Virus record (IMG/VR): IMGVR_UViG_3300008017_000012
Source of the DNA: a virus
Strand: one strand, 5' to 3'
DNA length: 64,000 bases
The notes beneath the pieces are model-generated. The model was not told the origin of the DNA and ran no database searches. It saw only the letters and a program-made list of their open reading frames with translations. Numbering within the stretch: position 1 is the stretch's first letter; every line of letters begins with the position of its first letter. Below are positions 28,179-38,364 of the stretch, piece by piece. The translations under genes were made by a program, and so were the position numbers.

Positions 28179-28595
28179 TCAGTTAGGACAAACAATACTG
28201 TGAATTTCAGATGCAATTGTGTTTTTTCCAATAGTAAAATATTCATTAGGTGTTAAACTTTTTAAAATATATTTATTTGCATCATATACTTTAAATGTCA
28301 TAATTCGATATAGTTCCGTATCTTCACAGTAAAAATATGTGTCAACAATAATTGTTTTAATATTGTCTGGAAAAGGAACAAAATCATATTGTTCCCTACG
28401 ATAATTAATACTTTCAGGGGAATTATTGAACCTCATATAATAATCTAATTGAACCATTGGATACTCTGAAATGTCAATTGCATCTCCATCAATATAAATA
28501 TCATATTTATCATTTGCAATGATTTTTACAATTTCAGCATTGGAATAAGAGACGGGGATAACCAGTAATGCCATAATTAAAATTAGTTTTTTCAT
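28179..28595 (-). CDS. Hypothetical exported protein
   Basis: Signal peptide MKKLILIMALLVIPVSYSNA. Confidence 0.6.
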   Translation of the reverse strand: MKKLILIMALLVIPVSYSNAEIVKIIANDKYDIYIDGDAIDISEYPMVQLDYYMRFNNSPESINYRREQYDFVPFPDNIKTIIVDTYFYCEDTELYRIMTFKVYDANKYILKSLTPNEYFTIGKNTIASEIHSIVCPN

Positions 28596-28598
28596 TCT

Positions 28599-29240
28599 TT
28601 ATTTCTCCTTATTATTAAGAATTGTTAATGCAACTTCTTGTTCTTGAATTTTTTCTTCAATATCAGTGACAACATCTTTAACTTCAATATCTTTAGTTTT
28701 ACTCTGTACAAGAATCTTTGTAATAGTTTTTAATGTTTCTTTTGTATCAGAAATATTATTGGCTTGTGTATTAAATTCTTCTTTATAATTATCTGTCTCA
28801 ATTTTTATTTCTTTAAAGTTAGCTGTAAGTGAATTTTGAATTCTAACTATATCATTTTCAGGATTACAACTCGGTTCTAAAAAATAATATTCAAATTCTT
28901 CTTTATATTTTTCGATTTTTTTAGAATTATTTTTGTACTTTAAAGAAAAATTACAACTTTGAAGATTTACTGAATGAACATTTTTTAAATAATTAGAAAA
29001 ATTTTCAAAAGAACCCTGAATATAAATTGCTTTGATAATATTACCAATGTTGTCATAAAGTTTTTTAATTTCATCTTGATCTTCAGATCCAAAAACTTTT
29101 GCTACTTTTTCAACTCCTTTGTTGTCTCCTTCAAATCCAAGTGTAATGAGTTTTTTTAAACGTGAAATCTCTTTTTTAAGATCATTTGTATTTACCACAA
29201 GATCTGATAAATTTTCTGCAACTTCTAATGTTGTTGACAT
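28599..29240 (-). CDS. Hypothetical coiled-coil protein
   Basis: 213-aa ORF with GGAGA SD. Confidence 0.55.
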   Translation of the reverse strand: MSTTLEVAENLSDLVVNTNDLKKEISRLKKLITLGFEGDNKGVEKVAKVFGSEDQDEIKKLYDNIGNIIKAIYIQGSFENFSNYLKNVHSVNLQSCNFSLKYKNNSKKIEKYKEEFEYYFLEPSCNPENDIVRIQNSLTANFKEIKIETDNYKEEFNTQANNISDTKETLKTITKILVQSKTKDIEVKDVVTDIEEKIQEQEVALTILNNKEK

Positions 29241-29290
29241 TTTAGTTTCTCTCTCTCCTTTAGTTAGTTAGTTGGTTAATTACATATCAA

Positions 29291-29914
29291 TTAATAGTCC
29301 TCAATAGATTTTTTAAACTTTTTCATTTCTTCATCATGATTATACCCAATGAATACAAAAGGAACATCACCAAATTTATTTTTAATTTGCATATTATAAT
29401 CTTCTTCAAGTAGACTCCAAAAAATAACTTCATTAAAATTGAAATCCTCTTGATATTTAGGGGTTTCCCCATCTTTAAAAACTGGTTTAATATTAAATTC
29501 TTTAAATCCTTTACCGTAATTAACAGGTTTATCGTTAATCATTTCTACAATAATTATTTTAATTCTATCTTCTTTAATAAATTTATCTAATTGAGTATCC
29601 ATGTAAATTAATTGATGTTGAATCATATTTGCTTCAAGAGCAAATTGCCCTTGTTTAATTAGAGACATTCCTAGAGAGATTGCATCTTCACCATTAATCC
29701 ACATACAAATTTCAGCATCAGGAATACTTGAATTTTTATTATTTTCAAAATCCGGTTGAGATTTAATATTAATATATACATCCCTATCTTCATAAGATCT
29801 GTCAGGAGTTTGACCTAAAATTTCAAATGAAATATTTTCATTATACTCCGATAAAGTAGAATTTGGGAATGTAAAAAAATCTGGGGTTTCTCTGCGATAC
29901 ATTACAGTTTTCAT
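29291..29914 (-). CDS. Hypothetical protein, 207 aa
   Basis: First gene after the promoter at 29939-29967. Confidence 0.55.
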   Translation of the reverse strand: MKTVMYRRETPDFFTFPNSTLSEYNENISFEILGQTPDRSYEDRDVYINIKSQPDFENNKNSSIPDAEICMWINGEDAISLGMSLIKQGQFALEANMIQHQLIYMDTQLDKFIKEDRIKIIIVEMINDKPVNYGKGFKEFNIKPVFKDGETPKYQEDFNFNEVIFWSLLEEDYNMQIKNKFGDVPFVFIGYNHDEEMKKFKKSIEDY

Positions 29915-29938
29915 TTATGTTTCTCCTCTAGTTAATTG

Positions 29939-29967
29939 ATTGTAGCTAAAAAATAAAAAAATGTCAA
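29939..29967 (-). promoter_or_regulatory. Sigma70-type early promoter
   Basis: TTGACA-N17-TACAAT. Confidence 0.7.
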
Positions 29968-29982
29968 GTATTATATTAGTTA

Positions 29983-31158
29983 TTATTCAGATTCTTCTTC
30001 ATCAAGACCAATACTATTAGATATACTTTGGTAAGAAAATTTATTATGAAGGTATTTACCAAGGTATAGATCTAAAAATTCTTCCCATATTTCATCAGTA
30101 ATTGTTGTAAATTTTTCACCTTGTTTATAATTAGTTTCTTCTGAAAATATCCAAGAACGACCTACTTTATTAATAATTTTTTCATCAGAACAGAATAATT
30201 CAAGGCCAGAAGTTTTAGCCAATCCATTATCAAAATCAATAGTAAATTTTACTTTTGTACGCTCTTTAGCTGTTCTACATTTAGAGACAGTAGAAGTCAC
30301 TAAAGCACCTGTCATTGTTTTACCATCTTTTCCTTTTTCTTGAGATTTTGAAAATTCAGCAATGATACTTGCATTATACAAACCGCCAGATCCACCAGCA
30401 ATTTGTTGTCCACCTGAAAAGAATCCACCAATTATAGCGTAAGTATGGTTTATTGCAATAATTGGTATATTTTTCACACCTGATCTAAGTGTAACAGTGC
30501 GGAATAAAGATTTTAACTGTGCTGCTCTTGACATATCTTTAGTTGTATTTCCTTCTGTTGAATCTTCTATTTCTTTATTTGTACTCAAGTTACCAATGGA
30601 ATCAACAATCATAAAAATTTTATCATCTTCACCAACTTCATCAATAAGATTTAACATTGATGTTTTTAAATTTTCAACAGTATCAACAGGTATAAATAAT
30701 AAACGTTCAGTATCAATCCCTCTACCTTTTAAATCATCTTTATTATTATTGGCCATTTCACTATCAAAGATAACACCAAAATAACCAAGTTCTTGAGCAT
30801 TTTTTAAAGTTTCAAGTGCTAGATATGATTTTCCTGTAGACTGAACTCCAGCAAACATTGAAACTCTTCCTGAAGGTACACCTTTTTTATAATCACCAGA
30901 AATTTGTGCATTAAATAAATAATTGCCAGTAGAAATCCAATCTCTAATAGGAAATTTATCATCATTGTCATCACCCATCAATTGAGCATATTTACTTTTT
31001 GATGAGTTTAACAAACGTTCACCTAGACTCATTTTTGATTTTTTTTCTTTAGCTTCTTTGTCATTCTCTTTTAAAATCAATTTTTCTTCTCTAGATAATT
31101 TGATTCCATTTTTCTTTTTAAATTCTAATTCTAATAATACTTCATCACTAACAGCCAT
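29983..31158 (-). CDS. uvsX: RecA-like recombinase
   Basis: Walker A GVQSTGKS, FDSE, IVDSIGNL, AINHTY, GGSGGLYNAS. Confidence 0.92.
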   Translation of the reverse strand: MAVSDEVLLELEFKKKNGIKLSREEKLILKENDKEAKEKKSKMSLGERLLNSSKSKYAQLMGDDNDDKFPIRDWISTGNYLFNAQISGDYKKGVPSGRVSMFAGVQSTGKSYLALETLKNAQELGYFGVIFDSEMANNNKDDLKGRGIDTERLLFIPVDTVENLKTSMLNLIDEVGEDDKIFMIVDSIGNLSTNKEIEDSTEGNTTKDMSRAAQLKSLFRTVTLRSGVKNIPIIAINHTYAIIGGFFSGGQQIAGGSGGLYNASIIAEFSKSQEKGKDGKTMTGALVTSTVSKCRTAKERTKVKFTIDFDNGLAKTSGLELFCSDEKIINKVGRSWIFSEETNYKQGEKFTTITDEIWEEFLDLYLGKYLHNKFSYQSISNSIGLDEEESE

Positions 31159-31189
31159 AATTTCTCCTCATTAGTTGTTTAAATTTCTC

Positions 31190-32197
31190 TTACAATTTAT
31201 CTGTCTGAGAGAGCCAAAAGATTCTTGCTTTTTTAGAAAGTTCACTTGTAACATCTTTAGCACAAAGATTATTTTTAGTTAATGTATCTAGTTCTTCTGA
31301 AATAATATCTGAAACAATCCATTTCAAGAATTCCCCAGTATTTTTTCTATGAATCTCTTTTCCTTGTTCTTTTAAAATTGAAAGACCTTGTTCAAGACGT
31401 GATTCAGTCACAGTCATTTCAACAAATTCTTGAATATTATTTACTTTTTCAACATCAACAGAAGCTAAAGTTTTTACTTTTGATGAGGAATGTTTCATAC
31501 CTTTAACTTTAAACCAATATTTTGGTGAAAGATCATATTTATTTTTCCATACAATCCCTTCTCCTGTTCCCAAAATACCAAAATATTTTCCAACAGGACA
31601 TTCATTTTCAACTTGATTTGTTAATTCTTTTAATTTATTTTGTGCTAATTCAGGGTGTTCAAAGTCAATTTCCATTTCATAAGATTCAAATTGAAGAATA
31701 GAATATATTTTATTTTTATTTAAAATACTTAATTCATCCTCTGTAAAAACAGGTAGTAACCAATCATCATCTTTTTTAAAATTAAATATAACAAACATTT
31801 TTGGTAATTTTTCGATAGCAACCCCTTTTTGAATACCATTACCACAAAATTCCCCAAAATATACAAATGTAGAACATATATGTTTATTAAAGACATTTAA
31901 TAAAACTTGTTTTGCTTCAATAGATATACCAGACATGAAAGCTGCAAACCCAGCATTATCTTTCAATACTGTAATTTCATTATTTCTAGATTGATATATA
32001 ATATCTTTAGATTTACTATATACAACTGAAGAATTAGTACCATGTAATTTTGGTGTTCCTGTAAAAGTAAGTTTGGGGTATAATGTGTCATGGTTAAAAA
32101 TTGATTGCCCTTCTTCATTAAATCCTTTGAAATCATTTTGTTTCCTAACAAATGATACAACATCACGAAACTGACCAATTTTTGGAAATTTAATCAT
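31190..32197 (-). CDS. RNA ligase (Rnl2-like nucleotidyltransferase)
   Basis: PKLHGTN adenylation motif, FGEFCG, GEGIVW, FKVKG. Confidence 0.8.
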   Translation of the reverse strand: MIKFPKIGQFRDVVSFVRKQNDFKGFNEEGQSIFNHDTLYPKLTFTGTPKLHGTNSSVVYSKSKDIIYQSRNNEITVLKDNAGFAAFMSGISIEAKQVLLNVFNKHICSTFVYFGEFCGNGIQKGVAIEKLPKMFVIFNFKKDDDWLLPVFTEDELSILNKNKIYSILQFESYEMEIDFEHPELAQNKLKELTNQVENECPVGKYFGILGTGEGIVWKNKYDLSPKYWFKVKGMKHSSSKVKTLASVDVEKVNNIQEFVEMTVTESRLEQGLSILKEQGKEIHRKNTGEFLKWIVSDIISEELDTLTKNNLCAKDVTSELSKKARIFWLSQTDKL

Positions 32198-32223
32198 ATA
32201 AAATCCTTTTTATTAATTTTTTT

Positions 32224-32484
32224 CTACTTTATCACAGAATTTTTGATTTGTCTAGATTTTTTTTTATTTTCAGATAAGAAATCTTTAAAGCGAAGAATCA
32301 GTGAATTTGTTTCATTAATTTCTAATTTATTCTTGAGAATTGTGGTCAAGTATATAGAAAATCTAATATCGGATTTTTTCATACCTTGTTCAGAGAGTTG
32401 GTTGATAATTTCTAAACATTGTTTAGCGACAAAATGTTCATTTTTACCAGATTTTTTAGCGAATTTTTTTATTAAAGTTTTCAT
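32224..32484 (-). CDS. Hypothetical protein, 86 aa
   Basis: Late promoter (TATTTATA on + at 32490-32497) just upstream. Confidence 0.5.
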   Translation of the reverse strand: MKTLIKKFAKKSGKNEHFVAKQCLEIINQLSEQGMKKSDIRFSIYLTTILKNKLEINETNSLILRFKDFLSENKKKSRQIKNSVIK

Positions 32485-32499
32485 AAATGTATTTATATT

Positions 32500-32970
32500 T
32501 TACTGTAAAGTAATAGATTTTTTAAAATCTTTACAATTGACACAAGTACCACTTTCTAAAATATTTTTTTTAAAGACAATATTATTACATAATGGGCATT
32601 TGACTTTACCTTGTTGGTTTAAATAATCTTCATATTTAGCGTGTACAGCTTCATCACCATATTTTAAAGAAGATGAATTTTCATCCCAAAAGCTATCTTC
32701 TAAAATAACAAGATAATTTGAGGCAATAATATCATTTATATAAGTTGTTATAAGAGCCGATTCTTGACAAGTTGTACCTAGATAAAAAGATAAATAAAAT
32801 AATTCTTTATCATTAATATAAAATAATGAGAATTTTTCAGAAATAATACAAAAAATATTATTATCAGGATCAAATGTTTTTTTAATATAATAATTTTTCA
32901 TATAAGATTGGATAATATTAATAATATCATCAAAGATTTTATTAATGGGATCTTTTTTTAAATTAATCAT
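32500..32970 (-). CDS. Hypothetical protein with C-terminal zinc finger
   Basis: CPLC...CVNC. Confidence 0.55.
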   Translation of the reverse strand: MINLKKDPINKIFDDIINIIQSYMKNYYIKKTFDPDNNIFCIISEKFSLFYINDKELFYLSFYLGTTCQESALITTYINDIIASNYLVILEDSFWDENSSSLKYGDEAVHAKYEDYLNQQGKVKCPLCNNIVFKKNILESGTCVNCKDFKKSITLQ

Positions 32971-32987
32971 TTTAATAAAACTCTTTC

Positions 32988-34703
32988 TTAAAAAATAACT
33001 TCCTTAATAGAAGAGAATCCTTTTACAATACTTGTCTCGAAAATTTTATCAAGATATTCCTGTTCTAGTTCACCACTATTATCAATCATAATTACACTTT
33101 TATTATATTGATCTTTAAAATCTTTTAATACTTTCAACAAACATTCACGGCCATTTGAATCTAATCCACTACTAATTTCATCAAGTATTAAGGTATTAAT
33201 ATTAGATTTTTTATTTTTATATATTGAAAAATTAATAAAGGAAAAAAGTATTGCTAGATTTATTCTACTTTTTTGCCCTTCTGAAAAAGAAAAGTAAGAG
33301 AAATTCTCTTTATGTCTTGTCTTAACAATCTCATTAAACTCTGTATCAAAATTAAAAATTATATCTGAATTAAATTTAATAAGATAAGAATTAAGTAAGT
33401 TATTTATTGCTGGTAAATATTTTTTGATTATAAACGCTTTTATTCCTTCTTCTGAATATAAATCTTTTAAAATTAAATAATGTTTTTTTAATTTCCCTGC
33501 TTCTATATATTTATTTTTTAATTCTTTAACTGAATTGTTATAATTTTTTAATTTAGTTTTATCAATTTTAATTTCTTTAGCTTGTTCGGATTTAATTATT
33601 TTATTTATTTCTTTAATTCTATTTTCATTTCTATACATTGAATCTTTAATAAATCGTTCATTAGCAATAATTTTATCTATTTTTTCAAGATCTTTTTCTT
33701 TATTAGATAAATAAGAATTGATCTCTTTTATTTCGACTTCAATCAAGTCAATTTTTGATTTCATAGAATCAATATTTTCTGAAACTAAAAGATCTTTAAT
33801 TTTAGGACAACCAGAACAAGTATTGTTTAGGAATTTAATTTTATTTATTGCAAGTTTCATATCAGCTTTAACTGATAATTGACTTTCTTGAATATTTTTT
33901 AACTCATTTTTCTTTATTAAAATTTCTTTTAATTTAGATTCTTTTATAATTTTATTCTTATTAATTATACTTATTCCCATAACATATTTGTTATTTTCTT
34001 CATCAATAGAAAGTAATTCCAATTTAAGTTTATCAATTTTATCTTTTGCTTCTAGTTCTAATTCTTTTTTAATTTTAGTTAAATTATCAATATTAATAAT
34101 TTCTTGTTCAATGAGTAATTCCGTATTCTCAATATCTTTTTGCATAGTTTTTAAATCAAAATCAATAAGTTTTATTTTTTCTTTGATGTTTTTTAACATA
34201 ATAGAAAAAAGTTCAACATCAAAAATATTTTCAACAACTGATCTTTTTTCAGCTTTAGACAGAGTCATAAAAGATAGATTTTTAGTTAAAGACTTTATAC
34301 CAATCTGATTAAAAAGATTCTCATTGATTCCTAGAATAGTTTCTTCTAAAATTTCTTGGTAACCTCTTTTAGATGAAGAAACAGGAACTATTTCACCATT
34401 TTTGAAAATTTTAAAAATATCTGGTTTTAACCCACGTTCAATTTTGAAAGAATCCTCCCCTTTTGTGAAATGAAGTTCAGCATAGAGTTCTTTTTTATTT
34501 TTTGAGTTGATGAGTTGTGATACTTTTATCTTTCTATAAGATTTACCAAAAAGTAAAAAATAAAATACATCTGTTGGAAATGTTGATTTACCAGATCCAT
34601 TTACTCCTATTATTCTATGTACACCTTTTTCAAAATTAAATGTTGTTAATGAATTACCATAACTTAGAAAATTCTTTGCTTTAATCATTTTAAAATTAAT
34701 CAT
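32988..34703 (-). CDS. Recombination endonuclease ATPase subunit (gp46, Rad50/SbcC-like)
   Basis: GVNGSGKST, zinc hook CSGC, FSEGQK, LILDE. Confidence 0.93.
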   Translation of the reverse strand: MINFKMIKAKNFLSYGNSLTTFNFEKGVHRIIGVNGSGKSTFPTDVFYFLLFGKSYRKIKVSQLINSKNKKELYAELHFTKGEDSFKIERGLKPDIFKIFKNGEIVPVSSSKRGYQEILEETILGINENLFNQIGIKSLTKNLSFMTLSKAEKRSVVENIFDVELFSIMLKNIKEKIKLIDFDLKTMQKDIENTELLIEQEIINIDNLTKIKKELELEAKDKIDKLKLELLSIDEENNKYVMGISIINKNKIIKESKLKEILIKKNELKNIQESQLSVKADMKLAINKIKFLNNTCSGCPKIKDLLVSENIDSMKSKIDLIEVEIKEINSYLSNKEKDLEKIDKIIANERFIKDSMYRNENRIKEINKIIKSEQAKEIKIDKTKLKNYNNSVKELKNKYIEAGKLKKHYLILKDLYSEEGIKAFIIKKYLPAINNLLNSYLIKFNSDIIFNFDTEFNEIVKTRHKENFSYFSFSEGQKSRINLAILFSFINFSIYKNKKSNINTLILDEISSGLDSNGRECLLKVLKDFKDQYNKSVIMIDNSGELEQEYLDKIFETSIVKGFSSIKEVIF

Positions 34704-35841
34704 TAGATAATCCTAAACTTTCATCTTGTGCTAACTGATACATTTCTGATGATAGAGACATTAATAAATTCTTTTCTATATTTTCTTCAAATGTCATTCC
34801 ATCAATAAATGTTCTTATCAAGTCTATTGTATTTGTATCTGTTTCTAATGTTTCTTCAAATTCTGTTAAATTAAAATTTTCTACTACTTGTTCTGTATCA
34901 ATAATTTCTATCTTATAATCATTTTTTGAAACTTCACATAAACTATTATAGAATATATCAAAATTAAATAGATTTTTACACTTTTTAACGTATATCTTTG
35001 AATAGTTAGTACTTACTATGTCTTTTGCTTTATCCTTCGTTATTTCGCTTGTTTTGTTCGTTTCAAGCCCACTTACAGTTATTACATCGTCATCATAATA
35101 TAATTTAATAAATTTAGGTGTAATAATATTTTTAATATAGTCTAATTCATAATTATCCTTTAAAACATAAAACCCCTTTTCTTCATCAAAATCATTATAA
35201 GTTAATTGGTATTGTGTTCCTGTATAAATGATATTATCTTGTCTGGATTTAATATGATAATGCCCACTAAACACTAATTTAATGTCTTTAAAAATATTAG
35301 CATCAAACCCACCTTTTGACATGATATTTTTCATCATAGGAAAATTATTCATTTCAAAATGTCCTGCAATTATATCACACTTTTTTGGAACAGAAAAAGT
35401 TTTTTGGTCAACAATCCAAGGAATCATAGCAATTGAATATTTTCCAATTTTAATAGTTTTTGCTCTATCATATACAAAAATATTTTTGAACTCATTAGTA
35501 TTTTCTGATAAAAAATTATGGGAAATCCTATCACGAAAATAACAATCATGATTACCAACTAAAATATGTAGTTTTATGTTGTTTTCATCAAACCATTTAA
35601 AAAATCTTGTTTTTAATTCTTGAAGAATCCAAAGATCAATATTATTTCTATTATGTACAAAATCCCCTAAATGAATTACTTCTTTAATACCATTCTCAAT
35701 AAGATAAGGAAAAAATTGGTCATCAAAAAAAGATAGTTGGGTTTCAAATATTGATTTAGAACTATTATTTGTTCCAAAATGGGAATCTGATAAAAATACT
35801 ATATTATTGTTCATTTTGAACTTCCCTTTTTTTCTTGACAA
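34696..35841 (-). CDS. Recombination nuclease subunit (gp47, Mre11/SbcD-like)
   Basis: SDSHFG, LGDFVH, VGNHD, GHFE, SGHYH; the true start is probably MNNNIV. Confidence 0.92.
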   Translation of the reverse strand: MSRKKGKFKMNNNIVFLSDSHFGTNNSSKSIFETQLSFFDDQFFPYLIENGIKEVIHLGDFVHNRNNIDLWILQELKTRFFKWFDENNIKLHILVGNHDCYFRDRISHNFLSENTNEFKNIFVYDRAKTIKIGKYSIAMIPWIVDQKTFSVPKKCDIIAGHFEMNNFPMMKNIMSKGGFDANIFKDIKLVFSGHYHIKSRQDNIIYTGTQYQLTYNDFDEEKGFYVLKDNYELDYIKNIITPKFIKLYYDDDVITVSGLETNKTSEITKDKAKDIVSTNYSKIYVKKCKNLFNFDIFYNSLCEVSKNDYKIEIIDTEQVVENFNLTEFEETLETDTNTIDLIRTFIDGMTFEENIEKNLLMSLSSEMYQLAQDESLGLSND

Positions 35842-35863
35842 AAATATAAATAATTGTTATAGC
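35835..35863 (+). promoter_or_regulatory. Sigma70-type promoter for the small ORF at 35901
   Basis: TTGACA-N17-TATAGC with TGn extension. Confidence 0.5.
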
Positions 35864-35900
35864 TATTTTTATAAAAAATTACATCTGAAAGAGATATATT

Positions 35901-36050
35901 ATGAAAAAAGAAAACAATATGCAAAAAACTATTAAAAAGTTATCAAGACAAGAAATTGGCCCTATTCCTTATAAAAGAATAGAAAAGACTAAAAAAGATA
36001 AATTAAAAAATAGACAACAGAAACATAAAAAAATTGATTATGAAGATTAA
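35901..36050 (+). CDS. Small basic protein, 49 aa, opposite strand (not in the track)
   Basis: MKKENNMQKTIKKLSRQEIGPIPYKRIEKTKKDKLKNRQQKHKKIDYED; stop overlaps the gp55 stop. Confidence 0.5.
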   Translation: MKKENNMQKTIKKLSRQEIGPIPYKRIEKTKKDKLKNRQQKHKKIDYED

Positions 36051-36526
36051 TCATCAACAGATTCATCAATAAAATTTGGGTCATGGTCATCATACCATAA
36101 TTGTATATTAGTATAATCAATATCACAATTTACATCAGAAACTTCACCATTTCTTAGTTCTGCTTGTTCTTTCTCTTTTTTCAGAATCATTCTAAATGAA
36201 TTTTCAATACATTTAGAATAATAACCATAAGCATTATCAGATTTTTCAGGATTAAATTTAGCTAAATATCTAAAACAATTCAATGTTGCTTCAGCTTTCA
36301 TTTCGTCGAGATAAGTATAACCTCTGAAATTATATCGTTTAGCATAATTAGATACTAAAAGAAGGATACTTTCAGTAACAAACTCTGGTACATCAGGCCA
36401 CTCTGAACGTTTTTTACCTTTTGTCAAAAGTACCCATTCACTTATTTCTTTAGTAAATCTTTTATTATCAATATAATCCCTATCACCTTTTTTCCTTCTT
36501 CTTTTTCTTTTTGGTTCTTCTACCAT
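36047..36526 (-). CDS. Late-transcription sigma factor (gp55)
   Basis: YIDNKRF, NFRGYTYLDEM, KFNPEKSDNAYGYYS...SF...LKKEK; next to gp47/gp46. Confidence 0.92.
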   Translation of the reverse strand: MVEEPKRKRRRKKGDRDYIDNKRFTKEISEWVLLTKGKKRSEWPDVPEFVTESILLLVSNYAKRYNFRGYTYLDEMKAEATLNCFRYLAKFNPEKSDNAYGYYSKCIENSFRMILKKEKEQAELRNGEVSDVNCDIDYTNIQLWYDDHDPNFIDESVDD

Positions 36527-36560
36527 AATTTCCTTCTCCTTATAATATATTATTTAAAAA

Positions 36561-36589
36561 ATTATAGCATATAAGATAAATAATGTCAA
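36561..36589 (-). promoter_or_regulatory. Consensus sigma70 promoter of gp55
   Basis: TTGACA-N17-TATAAT, perfect. Confidence 0.8.
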
Positions 36590-36613
36590 TTTTTTATAAT
36601 GGATTTTTTTTAC

Positions 36614-36683
36614 TTGACAGATCCGGTACTAGATGATATAATGAGGCTTGTCCGGTACCCCTTTGAATATCTATATTATAAGA
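36614..36683 (+). repeat. Dispersed conserved promoter element, copy 2
   Basis: TTGACA-GATCCGGTACTAGATGA-TATAAT-GAGGCTTGTCCGGTACCCCTTTGAATATCTATATTATAAGA. Confidence 0.92.
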
Positions 36684-36691
36684 CAAAAAAA

Positions 36692-38179
36692 TTAGAGTTT
36701 AAATTTCATTGTTTTGTAATTCCAATCTTGTTCATTATAATAAGTCAATCTTTCTTTAAAATGTTTCATTGCATGATTTTTATATGTAATTTTTCTTTCT
36801 TTATTTGAAAAAGAGGTATCATCAATTATATCATATAATTTAGCAAATTCTTTATTATCTGATAGACGTAACATTCTACCTATTGATTGAAGCACTTTAA
36901 CTTTACTTTTATATGAAGAAGCAAAAATGATATTATGTATATTAGGTGCATTCATTCCTGTTGATGTTGTTCCATACGTTGCTAATAAAATAATATCATT
37001 TCTTTCTGAAATCATTTTTCTATATTTTTCTCTTTCTTTTACGTTAACATCACCATCAATATATAAAAGTGTTTTATTTTGTAATTTTTTTTCAAATAGA
37101 TCTTTTAATATATAACCATGAGTTTCTTTTTTCGTAAAAAGGATAAGAGTATTACCTTCAGTTTTTTGAGCTAATTTTAAAATAAATTCATTTCTATTAT
37201 TAAATTTATTAATCAAGGTACTTTCTTTTTGATAATCCTTTTTCCCATTAAAATAAAAATCTAATTTTGTTTTATTGTCATATTGAAGAATTAAATTATA
37301 AATTTTCATTTGAGAAATAAAGCCATCTTCTTGAAGTGATTTATAAGAAGCAAATTTTTTAATAGGGCCAATAGATCCAACAATAGAAAACCAATCAGCA
37401 CTTGAAGAATCTGGGTATGTTCCTGACATACCAAAACGATATTTAGCATTAATACAATTTTTAGAAATTACACTTATTGATTTAGCACTTGCTCCATGTG
37501 CTTCATCAATTAATAAACAGCCAAATTGTTTAAATAAATCTTTATTTTTATATATTGACTGCCAACAAGCAATTATAACTTGTCTTTCAAAAACTTTTCT
37601 TTGCCCTGAATATAATTTATGACATTTATATTCTACATCCCAACCATAATTTTCAAAATCTGAATAAATTTGTTCAACCAATCCTATATTAGGTACAATT
37701 AATAATGTTTGTAAATTTTGTGTTTCCATAAATCTACAAATGATATATGCAACTAAAGATTTACCTCCTGAGGTTGATATATGAATATTAATATGTTTTT
37801 TACAACAAGCTTGATAAGCTGCTTCAAATTGATAATCACGACATTCAAATGGTAATTTTAAATATTTTATAAATTTTATAAATTCATCTCGTGATATTTT
37901 ATTTTCTTGTTCAAAATGTTTTTCTACTTGATAATTACCAATAGAAGCAAATTCATATACTTTTTCTAAAAGTCCTATAGGCAAAGAATTATCAATAGAA
38001 TTAAAAAACTTTATTTTTCCATCCCATATTTTTTCTTTATACAATGGAGTAAATTGATAGTTAGTTGCATATATTGAAAAATAATTTTTAATTTCTCTTA
38101 AAATTATATCAGATGCTTCAATAAGAAGTGTTGATTCATTTTTCTTATATATTTTAATTACTTTCATAGAAATATTCAT
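36692..38179 (-). CDS. uvsW: SF2 DNA helicase
   Basis: STSGGKS, LIDEAH, MSGT, QSIGRMLR. Confidence 0.93.
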   Translation of the reverse strand: MNISMKVIKIYKKNESTLLIEASDIILREIKNYFSIYATNYQFTPLYKEKIWDGKIKFFNSIDNSLPIGLLEKVYEFASIGNYQVEKHFEQENKISRDEFIKFIKYLKLPFECRDYQFEAAYQACCKKHINIHISTSGGKSLVAYIICRFMETQNLQTLLIVPNIGLVEQIYSDFENYGWDVEYKCHKLYSGQRKVFERQVIIACWQSIYKNKDLFKQFGCLLIDEAHGASAKSISVISKNCINAKYRFGMSGTYPDSSSADWFSIVGSIGPIKKFASYKSLQEDGFISQMKIYNLILQYDNKTKLDFYFNGKKDYQKESTLINKFNNRNEFILKLAQKTEGNTLILFTKKETHGYILKDLFEKKLQNKTLLYIDGDVNVKEREKYRKMISERNDIILLATYGTTSTGMNAPNIHNIIFASSYKSKVKVLQSIGRMLRLSDNKEFAKLYDIIDDTSFSNKERKITYKNHAMKHFKERLTYYNEQDWNYKTMKFKL

Positions 38180-38195
38180 CCTAAGAAAAAAAAGC

Positions 38196-38265
38196 TTGAC
38201 AGATACGGTTCTAGATGATATAATGAGGCTTGTCCGGTACCCCTTTGAATATCTATATTATAAGA
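38196..38265 (+). repeat. Dispersed conserved promoter element, copy 3
   Basis: Identical to copy 2 over 70 bp except two spacer substitutions. Confidence 0.92.
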
Positions 38266-38364
38266 GAAAGTTTTTTGTACTTAAAGAGAGACCTTTTATA
38301 TATTTCTAGTAAAAATATATAAATACAATTATTACAGTTATTTATATAATAAAAGGATTAAAAA

